From: Thalia democratica
Taxonomy: Eukaryota
Direction: 5' to 3'
Length of the DNA stretch: 64,000 bases
NCBI GenBank assembly: GCA_965202585.1
Contig: OZ241832.1
Location: forward strand, 23,312,001 to 23,376,000
Positions within the stretch are counted from its first letter, which is position 1. The number at the start of each line of letters is the position of its first letter. The position numbers and the translations under genes are program-made. Positions 39,279 through 50,722 of this stretch are shown here, piece by piece. Under the pieces are notes generated by a model that had not been told where the DNA came from, ran no database searches, and was given only the letters and a program-made list of their open reading frames with translations.

Positions 39279-42200
39279 ATGCGAGTGAAATTTTATTTAT
39301 TGAATATTATTCTTGTGTTGGTTCTTTTGAGTTTAGTTTGTGCTAGACGAAAGAAACAATGCACTGCAAAAGATTTAAAAGGAACCAACAAAAAGAGATT
39401 CAAAAGTAGACTGCAGGCCTGTTTTGTTGTTGACTTTATATCTAAAAAGTGCAGGAGAATTCAAAGAAAAGAAAGCTGTAGAAAACTATCAAAAGGTGAA
39501 CGTTTAATGAACTAAGATTTGTGTTTTATATATAAGATATAACGTTAAAAGACGTTAAATCCTGGAGATCCTGATAAGCTAACCTTATCGGAATACATAC
39601 CACAGATGTTTTTGTGTCAAAACTTTATTCCGACTAACGGCGTTTCAATGCTCTCAAATAATTTTAAGAACAGATCTACGGAGTCTATAAAGTATTAACA
39701 CACATTAGAAAAAAAACATGTATAATTATGTATAATTTTAATGTGAGTAGTAACTATAAACGAACTTTATGGTTAAAAAAACAGTTTGGAATAAAAACAT
39801 AGAAAAAAAAAAGTTGTCTACGAAAATACAAATTTAATAAAAGCATATACTAACCTCAAAAAAGTTCTGAGAATAGGCAAGTTTATAAAAGTGAAAATAA
39901 AATTATTCTGTTTTAAATAACTTGTTTAATTTGTTTTTATTTGTTTTTATTTAGAAAAATAACTCTACGGAGGCCGCGTGCCAAGGTTCAGCTTTTAAAT
40001 CAAACGATCCGGGTTTAATTCCCGGTAAAAAAGTAAAAGGTGTAAAACTCGATAACCGAAAGGTTTTTCGTTCACCAGGCCCTTATGCCAAACATTTTAA
40101 GCATTTTTTTATGGTTCATTAAACAATATATATGTTACAAGCAATTCCTAATCAAAATTTAATTTTTAAAAGATTGCCCTTCACCTGGCTACATAGTGGA
40201 TGGAACGATAGAAGGTCAGAGCTTTAAACAGGGAAGTGTTATGAAGTATTCCTGCGAAAAAGGATTCAAGTTGAATGGGGAAAGCGGAGCAACTTGTTTG
40301 AAATATGGTTGGTTTTTGAATTTTTTGAACAATCATATACTCAGAGTGCTTATTAAATATGGTTTAGGATAAAATGTACATAAATATGTACGTCATTAAG
40401 TTTAAAGGATTCAAAAAACAAAACAGTTTTAAGAAATTTTTGTACTTTAATTAAAAAAATCAAAATTTTTGATTTATCGCTCGAATTGATATCTGAGATA
40501 AAATTCTTCACTTTATTAAGGTAAATGGTCGAATCCCACGCCAACATGTAAAGAGATAAAGTGCAAGAGTATGCCAGTTATACCAGAACATGCAACTGCG
40601 AATCTTCGTAACTTAGTTGAGAACAAAGTTGGTAGTGTTGCTACTTACTCTTGTCTTAGTGGGTATGAAATTAGAGGTGGAACAAACACTGTTGGTTAGT
40701 TAGAAAAATTGGATGTTCTATTACTAAGATTAACGTTGAAAATAGCATTTTAAGGTTACAAGTGTCAAAGATAAATAAAATGCTCTTAAGTTTTAACATG
40801 CGTAGAGGTGAGAAAACAAGAAAAATAGTTTCAACTTTGTTTAATCCAGGGACGTTGCTAGCTCAAAAAAGTTACGAATGTGCAAAAACTAAAACATCTG
40901 AAATAACACGTCCTAGCGGGAACACAGCAATTTAAACTACCTCTAATATTATTGAATTTAATCTGAAAAAAAGCAGTTATGTTAATACATCAAAAATTGA
41001 ATTTTGAAGTACGAGTGATAACTGTATACAAGTCAACTTATTTTGCTCCACACCCCATATGACTCTTTATGTCATGCCACTTGTGTAAACCCAGAAAACA
41101 TTCATTAAAAAAATCACAATTTAACTCAAAAACATTAATATTGTTTTCATTCAAAAATTTAAACGTATAAAATCAAACATTTAACGTAGTCAATAGTAAC
41201 AACAAGTTATGCAAATTTTTGTAACATAAAATTGTATTATTTTGATTTTTGAAGCTACAGCTTCCAATAGGTTTAATTTTGCATTGTAGCTTTTTGACAA
41301 AACAAAGCTTTAACGCGCTAAATGTTACTTTTTGGTAGTATTTAATTCGTTCAATTTTTTTACGACACTAAAAGTCCTAAAGAGTACATATATGTCAAAA
41401 TTATCTCTCAGGAGTGCATAACTAAGCTTAAATGAATACTAAAAGCTAAGAAAGCCGAGTATTTTCAAGCTGAAATAAAAGCAAGCTTTTTCGCACATAA
41501 GTATACGTTTCTGTAGATTTGCAGAAACGTACCAAGCCACGTCCCTGGTTTAATCCTTTATCAGTTTTTCAATTATTCTAGTATATATTTTTTTTAAAAC
41601 ATTTTATATAGACTTTGTTTGTTACTTTAGATATTATAAAATTTATAAAACTAACTTAATTACTACATGCCTTTTAATAAGTAAAACGTATTTTTATATA
41701 AAAGCTGTCAAACTAGAATTTTATAGTTTGTAGCAAAGCAATAGTTTTAAAGTTTCAGATTAGTTTAAAAACAAAGAAAGAATTTCCGATGTATAGTTTT
41801 TCTCTTGCTAGGGCTGTGTATGACAATTTATAATAAACGAACTTACTTAATTTAAAAAAGATTCATTTAGAAAACATTTTCTATAAAAAGTCGTTTTTTT
41901 TAATCACGTTATAAAAAATTTAGACGAAAATTAACAACAAAACAAATAAACGTGTAACCTTAACAATCTCTTATACATTGATAATATTATCATTAGAAGA
42001 CTAGTTTACTATATCTTATCTATCTTTTTACAGTTTATTAAACTAATATCTCGCACCTTAGAAATGAAGCTTGGAATGTTAACGTTCATAACAAAAGTTT
42101 TGATAGTATCTTTACTAGTACATGAAAATATAGTTTTTCTATAATCTGCGAAACAAAACAAACTGAAACCAACAACTCTGTATCTTTAACATAGAAATTA

Positions 42201-42789
42201 GTTCAATTCTTTTTTTATTACAAACCATTCTTGCAACTCTTGTGTTAACAAAATAAACAACATCTGTAAACAGTTTGTGGCGAAAGCGGAGAGTGGGTAG
42301 GTGAGTTACCCGAATGCAAACCAATAAGATGCAGCGGTGAACCCAGCGACATCGAAAATCTGGGGTTCATAAGTCTTGAGACCCCGTACGAGCCAATAAT
42401 TCACGGGCCGATTCCCTTCCGCTACAAGGATAAACTAAACTTGTTCTGTGAAAGAGGGTTTAAAAGGTTGCAGTTATTATTTGAATTTTTCGTTTCAAGC
42501 TGAGTAATATAACAGTTTTGTTTGTATTGCATGGAGTATTTAAATATGTCTTGAGCATCTGTTTTAACTAACTTTTTAAATAGTAGTAGAAAATTTGTTT
42601 CAAAGTATTTTAATAGGCTTTCAAGTTTACTCAAACTTTTAAAAAATAAATAATGAACAATATGTTAACTATTAAACTTTTAATAATTATAAAAAAAATT
42701 ATTTTAACAGAGTCGGACCTCAAGTAATTAAATGTCAATCTGATGGCAAATGGTCTGCAATTCCGATATGTGTTCCAAATCTAGTATAG
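39279..42789 (+). CDS. Secreted protein B, inverted paralogue of A: signal peptide + basic CX19CX9CX8C domain + 3 CCP/sushi modules (265 aa)
   Basis: Exons 39279-39495, 40173-40307, 40521-40694, 42274-42466, 42711-42789 (798 nt, open); internal exons the same lengths as in A (135/174/193); AATAAA at 42814. Confidence 0.88.
39969..40110 (+). mobile_element. tRNA-derived SINE copy (most complete) in intron 1 of gene B
   Basis: A-box-like GGAGGCCGCGTGCCAAGG, B-box-like CCGGGTTTAATTCCCGG, core GGTGTAAAACTCGATAACCGAAA, T-rich tail. Confidence 0.6.
40847..41547. mobile_element. 701-bp non-autonomous hAT element with perfect 8-bp TSD in intron 3 of gene B
   Basis: TIRs CAGGGACGTTGCTAGCT / ACCAAGCCACGTCCCTG (first 9 bp perfect); TSD GTTTAATC at 40839-40846 and 41548-41555; subterminal hairpin ACGTTTCTG..CAGAAACGT at 41505-41530. 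Confidence 0.9.
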
Positions 42790-45159
42790 ATACTTTTCTG
42801 CGTTTTTCTATTTAATAAACTATCATTTTAGTGATAAAGTATTTAGAATTTGTGCTAAAATAAAAAAGAAGCTTCTTAAAATAATTGATTATAAATTTGA
42901 TGTGATAAAGCACGAATATTAATAAAAATTAAAGTAGAAAATAAAATGACATTACAAGAGTAGTACCCACACGAATTTTTTATAGCTGGCTTATAATATT
43001 TTAAGGGTTTAGACAAGTATAACGTTATTTTATTTTTGTTTTAGCTTAATATAACTATATAGTTCTAAGCATTACAAAACTACTTTAAAGCAACTATCTC
43101 AGATTTAGTTACAGTATTTTTAAACATTTTTATAAACATTTTGCTGTTTTAAAATTGAAGTATTTTACATTTTTGTGAATGTATAATATAACTATTAAAA
43201 AAAGCTTTAGAAAACACCATTTATTATACGCTTTAGTCTAAACTTAATATATACAAGTTCTTGTAATCCAATTCTAAAGGAGTACACTTTTATAAAAAGG
43301 TATGAAATTTGAAAATTATATTGTAAAACGTTGGTGTAAAAAAGTAAGTTTTGTAATGTTTTGTGATAGTTTAGTATCATAAAATTGTTAAAAAATTATA
43401 AGTTTTTCAAATATTTAATTAATTTTATGTTATATTTTACTCTTAAATTTTCTCTAAAAATTTTAGTTTGAATTTTTTAGAAGCCACATTTTGAGAGTTG
43501 TTATTTTTATTCTTGAAATAAGCTAGAACTATACAAAAAATTATTTGCAAAAAACTAAAAATAAAATATTACAAAATTGTAAACACTTATCTTAGTTAAG
43601 TCAAATACTCTGCAGAACTATTAGCTTTGGCGGAAAAATTTCTCATAACAAATGTATATTTTTTCTTATAGGGAATTATAATTTTAGTCACATAACATTT
43701 GTGACTTATGGAAATCTAAGTAAGATTTTTTCGAAGATACTTAGACTAGGACTTTCTGATTTATCCATAACTGTTAATTTTTTCTGAAAGTGACGGCAAA
43801 GGGGAAGACATCTTTACTTTAATCCTTTTTTAGATATTTGTAATTAAATTACAAACTTTTTAAAAAGCACAACTTATAAAGAATGTTACTTTATTTTCTG
43901 CTTATAAGTTTTAACGATAGTTGATCTTAAATATTTGATTATCTACTAGATAATACACTTAATTGTCTTTTTGTTTTAAATCGTTCAATTATAATAAAAA
44001 AAGACAATAAACATTATTAAGAAAATGAAAAGGAGAGGTTATTACTACTGTTGTTTGTTTCTAAAATTGTTTACTTAACCTTTATAAACTGGGGTTTCTT
44101 AAAGTATAAGTTATCGCCCCTTTGGAGTAATTACTAGTAATTTCGCGATATTTTCATTTTAAATATCCGTCAGTGGGCGGTATTAAGAAGGAACTTGAAA
44201 TTGAAATTCTTGCTATAAGCAAACGTAGGCATTGGGTAAAATTATTAATCAAAAAAAAAGTGCAGTTTCCTTCTGGTCTTATAAATGAATAAAACAATAA
44301 AAACCTTCATTTTCAAAGTTTACAGAACAAAACCTAAAATTTTGTTGGTTTATCTTACAACGAATAAAGAAATTACTTAGTTGTTACGTTTGTAATTAAA
44401 AAACATACAAGGTCTTTTTTAGTAGCGTAAAACCATATTGAGCCAAGTTTTACCTTACAAGGTAAAAATAACGACAAAATAAAAGTTAGTTAAGTTATCC
44501 ACAATATTCCTAAACTTTAATAATTAAAAAACGTAAACCAGTTTTATATATAAAAATGATTTTAATAAAGATTTCCAAAAGTATTTTGTTTAAAAATTCG
44601 GTGATTGAAAACATGTTTAAATTGATACTCTAATTCCAGCTTACAATTATTACTTTTTTGATAGCTTAGAAGTATTTTTGAGTTGAATGACTAATCAAGC
44701 TCTGTTCAAACAAGGTATTTTAGTTCAGTATTATTCTAGCGTATTTGTACTATTTTTTCTTTTGAAGATGTTGAGTATATTAAAAGAATTCTTCTTAAAA
44801 GTTTTAGAAAGTTGAAATTTTTTACTATAAAATATAAGATTTAAACTTAATTTAAATTAGGGAATCTTAAAAACAACACTTTGATTTTATAAATAAAACC
44901 TTAATTAGTTTTTTTTCTTTTTGCTAATCTTACTGCTTTAAGTATTTACTAAAAGCTAAACAGGCATCAGTTATTAATGACAAATTTTTATAATAATCCA
45001 AAAAATAAAATAAAACAAAAATTGTTACTTTTAGATTCTTTCTTTTGACTTGCTAGCGTCTTTAAAGCTTGTTTTGAATTAGATAAGTATATCCTGCAAA
45101 AATACTTAAATAAATATTTTATTTTCAGTTTTATTTTTATTCGACTTTATATTCAGACA

Positions 45160-45504
45160 ATGGAAGTTTGTTTCGGAGTCATTCCAATGGAGACTTTTCC
45201 TCTTTACACTCCCAACAAAGAAGATTTTGAAGAGATGCTGGAAATCTTCCGACAGATGAGGATAACTGAAGACAAACAAATGGAAGTCAGCGAAGCTTCT
45301 AATGAGATGAAATCAACTTTGCTGAACAGGAAAGTTTGTATCAAAGTAACGGCATCAGCTAGAAAAAGGTTGAGTGAGTTTTCACGTCTCGCCACGTGCA
45401 AAAAACACAAAAAGGATCCTGCAGAAAAAGTGCTTCAAGATTCACGAAACAAAATGATTAGTTTTGCGCCGAGGAAAAAAGTCGTGCGAAAATTGAAGAT
45501 GTAA
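45160..45504 (+). CDS. Uncharacterised 114-aa protein with acidic N-half and basic C-half
   Basis: Open frame with coding-like composition; splice acceptor TATATTCAG 3 nt before the ATG; AATAAA at 45705; no family recognised. Confidence 0.55.
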   Translation: MEVCFGVIPMETFPLYTPNKEDFEEMLEIFRQMRITEDKQMEVSEASNEMKSTLLNRKVCIKVTASARKRLSEFSRLATCKKHKKDPAEKVLQDSRNKMISFAPRKKVVRKLKM

Positions 45505-46592
45505 GACAAATGACATTTAATAACATTTCTTTAAGTTATTTGTAAATTTGTTTCGTTTTTATGTTCGTACTTTGTTTTCTCATTTTCAGGTTTTGTGTTC
45601 TATTAACAATTTTGTTTATTACTTAACTATTAGCTATTCAAAACGTCTTTAGCGAAATTCCGTATTTGATGATTTACCTTTAAAAATCTTATTACTTATG
45701 TTTCAATAAATGATAAAACGTAAGCGCGTTATTTTGTATTTGTTGTGGTTTATAACTTTAAACGAATTAAAAAACAGTATTAAAATAGAAGACCATAGGT
45801 AAGATTACAATTTTCAGCCATGAAATTTTAAATTTACTCTTCTGATTAAGTTTTTTAAAACTTAAAACTTAATTTTATTTAAACCTCAAAGTCTCCAACT
45901 TCTGCTTGAGTTTTTATTCAGATCTAAGATATAAGAAAAATCGAGTTTAGACTAAATTTTGAAAGTATTGAAATGAATAAGGCTCATAAACATTACGCAA
46001 GAAACTCTGAATTTATCAAAAAATCTGCTGTTAAACTCGTATTGTTAACAGCTATATTTTGTTTATTGTTGCGATATGTAGTGTTCTATAGGTAACAAGT
46101 GTCTGAAATTACAAAGAAGTTTACGTGATAAATTTTGAAATATTATACTATGCATCATGTATTTTTATATAATAACATTGTCTTCTGTTCTGCATTAAAT
46201 TAATTTACTACTTCATTTGCAGAAAAAAATTATTTTCAATTTTTAAGAAACTTTACGATATAGAACAAAGTCTATAGGTAGTATAAGTATGTTACAACGG
46301 GTTTTAAACAACTTTGAAAACTACATCAGCTGTATGAAAACAGTTTTTGTAACAAAAAAAACTTGATAAAACGTACAGGATTTAGTGAGAAAAAATTGAT
46401 TTTGATATATTGTTATACATACTTGCTAATTTTAGAAGTCCTTTGAATTTGCCCACGCGGTTGTTTGTTTTGTTTTTCACAATATTAATGTTGTTGTGAA
46501 TCGTATATTAAAAAAAAACTGTTTAAGAAACTATTTATAATTTAAGAAACATAGTACTTATGAAATGTATGTGTATTGTGTACTTATTTTAA

Positions 46593-46997
46593 AGATGGTG
46601 ACAATAGGTTCCTTATGGGAGGCGAAAGCTAAAACAACGAATAAGTAGAAATCATTAAAATCTATCTCCTCCTACGTTTTTTGAGATGACTACCTTAAAT
46701 TTTGGGGAAATGTTCCTTGAAATATTTAGAAAACTCTTTCGGAACAACATTTGAAAATATTTAAAAGTGAAAGTTTTATAAAAAAAAAAAAAAAAAAATT
46801 TTTTGTTCATTTTTATACAGAATTTCAATTTTTCTCAATTTTTTGCAACAGAATTTATAAATATTGCAAGGAACATTTCCTGAGAGTTTGAGGTAGTTAT
46901 TTTAAAAAACGTAGGAGAAGATAGATTTTAGTGAAATAGTCTATTTCTGCTGTTTTAGTTTGCGCCTACCATAAGAAACTTATTGTTGCCTCAGACT
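46593..46997. mobile_element. ~400-bp MITE with ~130-bp terminal inverted arms, possibly Kolobok/TTAA-type
   Basis: 46597-46728 is the reverse complement of 46858-46990 at ~80% identity (e.g. AAAATCTATCT.CTCCTACGTTTTTT); flanks TTAA / TTGA; central poly-A. Confidence 0.8.
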
Positions 46998-49201
46998 TTG
47001 ACCAACTATGACTTAAAAATATTTTGAATTTTTAAAATATGTGAAAAGCAACTAGAAGCCTAGTAAAAAATTATAAAATAAGATGAAATTGTGAAAAAAA
47101 AAGTTTTACTTTAACCTATGCCCTGAAGTTAATAATTGTACATTTTTGCACTACTTTGAACTTAAATACTAAATTTTATTATTTCTATTAACTGCAAGAT
47201 TATATATAAAGCGTTTAATTTCAAAAGTAGAAAAATTACTTACAATCAAAAGGTTGGTTGTAATTTAGTTTTTTTATAATAGTTTATAACAAAAATTAAA
47301 GCAATATGCTGGAAATATTTTATAGCTGTAAAACTTAAAAAAAAATCTTTAAAGTCAAATCGCCTAAAGTTTCATACATATATTAAGTCGAAACTGAGAT
47401 TTTGTTTTAGCGAAAACATTTTTTATTACCTTGTACCAATAAAACACTGTTAAATTTTTCCGAGCTTAATAGTAAAACTAAACAAAAGTGTAAGCAATTA
47501 CTGTTTTAGAAATTCATAGTTTTTTTAAAAAAACGAGCTATACATACACTTGTTTTTTATAAATATTACCTAACAGATAAGGTTTTTATCATGTTTATGG
47601 CTGACTTCATTTTTTTTATACAAAATATTTAATTTAAAACAGTTAATCCAACTCAATAAAGTTAGTTTTAACAAAGGGGCAGTCTTAAATAGTTTAATTA
47701 AAATGTTTTTTAATTTTTTTATAAATATTGTAGTTAATAAACTATTTCTAATTTTATCACACTAATGTAGATTTTCATTTCTTTGTTATTCTTAAGATAT
47801 GTAACATACATCAATAAGTGAGATACTGTTATTTAAAACAAGTTATCAAAAGGTGCTAAATAAAACTAAGTATTTATAAGATATATACAACTATTTAACA
47901 AAAGTTGAGTTTTAAAAGTTTAACAAGTATTGCTTTTATACGAAAGTTACACACAAACACCAGTAGACTGTAAGAATCTTTAATTAATGCTCAGATATTA
48001 CAAAAATTGTTTTTAGTTTTTGTTTAATTTTATTACCATTTGTTGTAACAATTTATCTTTACATTTTACAATCACTGTTGCTTCGCTTGTTCATTGAAAC
48101 AAGTTTTTGTAGAATAATGCGATTTTATTATTATTTACGTAGATTTTTGTTTTTAAAACATTTTAATAACTAATTTGTTTTAAACATTGATATAAAACAC
48201 GCTTTTGTTCCAAAATATAAGGTAACAGAAAATAGTATACTATGTGTTTATACTATAGCATTTAAAGAACTTGTTATTAATCGAAATGTAAAACTTTACA
48301 CTGTATTTCAAGTCAGTTTAAGTAACAATAAATAAAAACAAAATTAAAGTAATAACATTATTTCAGTTGTAAGACTTAATAAAAATAACAAAAACAACTC
48401 AAGAGTACTTGTTTTTAAGTAATAAGTAGATACTTCTGCATGACACCTAGTTCGAATGTTATCGCGAAACTTTGAAATTTGTTCCTTTCTTAAAAAAAAA
48501 ATAATTGCTAAAGTATTTTCAAGTGAAAACCAGTAATCAATTTAAAATTCGTTCTGTTTTATAACAAAAATACTATGTTTAAAATGATTAACATAGTGAT
48601 TACTATTAAAAGTTTTTAAAACAATATATATAATTTAATTTTTTTTTAAATTTATTAATTAGAAAATTGAACTCATGAACTCAAAAGTGTATATTATATG
48701 ATTTTGTTTAATTTCTTTGTTTTATTTTGTAATAGAACAAAAAATTATTGTTTTGTTTATCTTAACAGGAAATAAGTAAAGTTGTGGTTGATAGACAAAA
48801 AGTAATCTCGTTGTAATTTTCCTTGTTTATATGTTAGTAACGTTTAATTTAACATTTATTAGTAATAAGGAAATATAAATTCTAAATCCTTTCTAAGTAT
48901 TATTGTGCTTTGTTCAAAATTTTTTGTCAATGTTTCCTTGTTAAAACAATATATAAACCAACATGAAAATGTAATTAATATTCCTTATTGTAAAAATAGT
49001 AGATAGTTTGTTTTCAATTATAAAATAGTACGTTTACTTTTTCTAGTAATTATTCTACTAACCAGTGATATTACATTTGATATTTTTGACAAAGTATAAT
49101 AAAATTACCAACTTGTAGTAACAAAATTCCTAGTATGTACTATAGAATATATTTTACTAAACCATTTTTTTATAAGTTTAAAATATTTATATTGCTTATT
49201 T

Positions 49202-50537
49202 CAGGGGCGTGTTTTGACTGGTTTCCTGTTTCCTATGAACCCCCTGATAAAAGAAAAAAAAATTAAAAGATTCTTAGAATATCACTAAAAACGTTGTTTA
49301 TTGACTTTGTTTTGGTTATTTGATAAATTTTGAATAATGAATGTTAAATTTATAACACTGAAATATTAAAAAGTTGCAGTAAAAAGAATGCTCGTTTTTA
49401 CCCAGCTGAAATAGGCTTTAAATAGAATTTTAACTGTGACGTCATAATAAGTTAAAGTTTTTAGGTAGCATTTTTTTAGGAAACTTTTTACTAAGATGCT
49501 CTTTTTCCCGTTAAAAATTGTGACTTAGTAAAATATCTTTTGAGTGTTGTTTTTCAACTTATAACTACAATTTTACTTTTGAAATTTCCAATATAATCAC
49601 TAAAGTTTTATTTTACTTAGTTTATTGTATATAATAATGTTATGTTGTTATATAAAAATGTTGTGTTTGTACTTAAACATTAATATTTTTGTTTATGTTT
49701 CAACCAGCTGGGCTTAAACTAATAAAATTTCAATTCAAAGAGTTTTTAAAATCATCTTTAAACAACTACACCACCTGGAAATTTATTCTTTTATCATTTA
49801 ATGGTATTTTAATATTGTTATTAAAGTTGTTTTATTTTTTTATATCTGTTGGCCACAAAGTTGAATCTTGATTTTTTTAAATTTTCAATTCAAAGATATT
49901 TCAAAACCATCATTAGAATCAGGCAAACAATTAAATAAAACTTAAAAATATTTTGATTTAATTGTATAAATCTTAACTTTTTTTTTAGTGGAGTATAAAT
50001 TTTTAATGACTAAATTATTTGAAATTTTTTTTTATTGTAAAAAGATATATAAATGTAAAAAGTTTAAATTTTAAAAGAAAAAAATTGTAAGAACTCCATC
50101 TATACTAACATTTAAAAGAAAATTGAAATTCTCTTTATAAAAATTTGTTCTAGTTTTAATTATTTTATAATATTGTTTATATTAAAAGGTTAAATTTTTA
50201 TAGAGTAAGTTAGTTATGTCTGTATTACTTTTGTTTTAATAACAGATTTGAATTTTGATATACAATTTGTAAGTTCTTAACTTTTTTCTGGTTCTTTTTG
50301 TTTTGATTTATCTAAATTTAATACAGTATAATAAAAACAAAATATAGTATTTTTCTACTACTACTTACATGTTTTTTTGTATTTCTGAGCAGAAAAAAAA
50401 ATTTAAACACAGAGTTTTTCGGCTAAATATTGCGTACTTAACTGGCAGTGCATACCTAAGAAATGCGTACTTAAGCGGCAAATTAAGAACAAAAAAAATT
50501 GTGAACCCCCTTTGAAAAAAGTTTAGACAAGCCCCTG
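49202..50537. mobile_element. 1.3-kb non-autonomous hAT element
   Basis: TIRs CAGGGGCGTGTTTTGAC / GTTTAGACAAGCCCCTG (13/17); degenerate 8-bp TSD GCTTATTT / GTTTAGTT (6/8). Confidence 0.7.
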
Positions 50538-50722
50538 GTTTAGTTAAAATAGAAAATTGATGCAACATCTCACTTTACAATCATTTTTAAAAGAATAAAA
50601 AAAGGCAGTTCAAAAGTCTTAAAAAATTAAAAATCAATAAATTTATATGTAAAAAAGTTTAATATTAATATAAAAAACAGTTGCAGTTTTGACATATTAA
50701 ACATTTAAAATAAGATATTACT

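Noticed and set aside
39969-40030. tRNA gene
   Set aside because: A/B-box-like motifs only; I could not fold a cloverleaf, and it continues into a repeated SINE body
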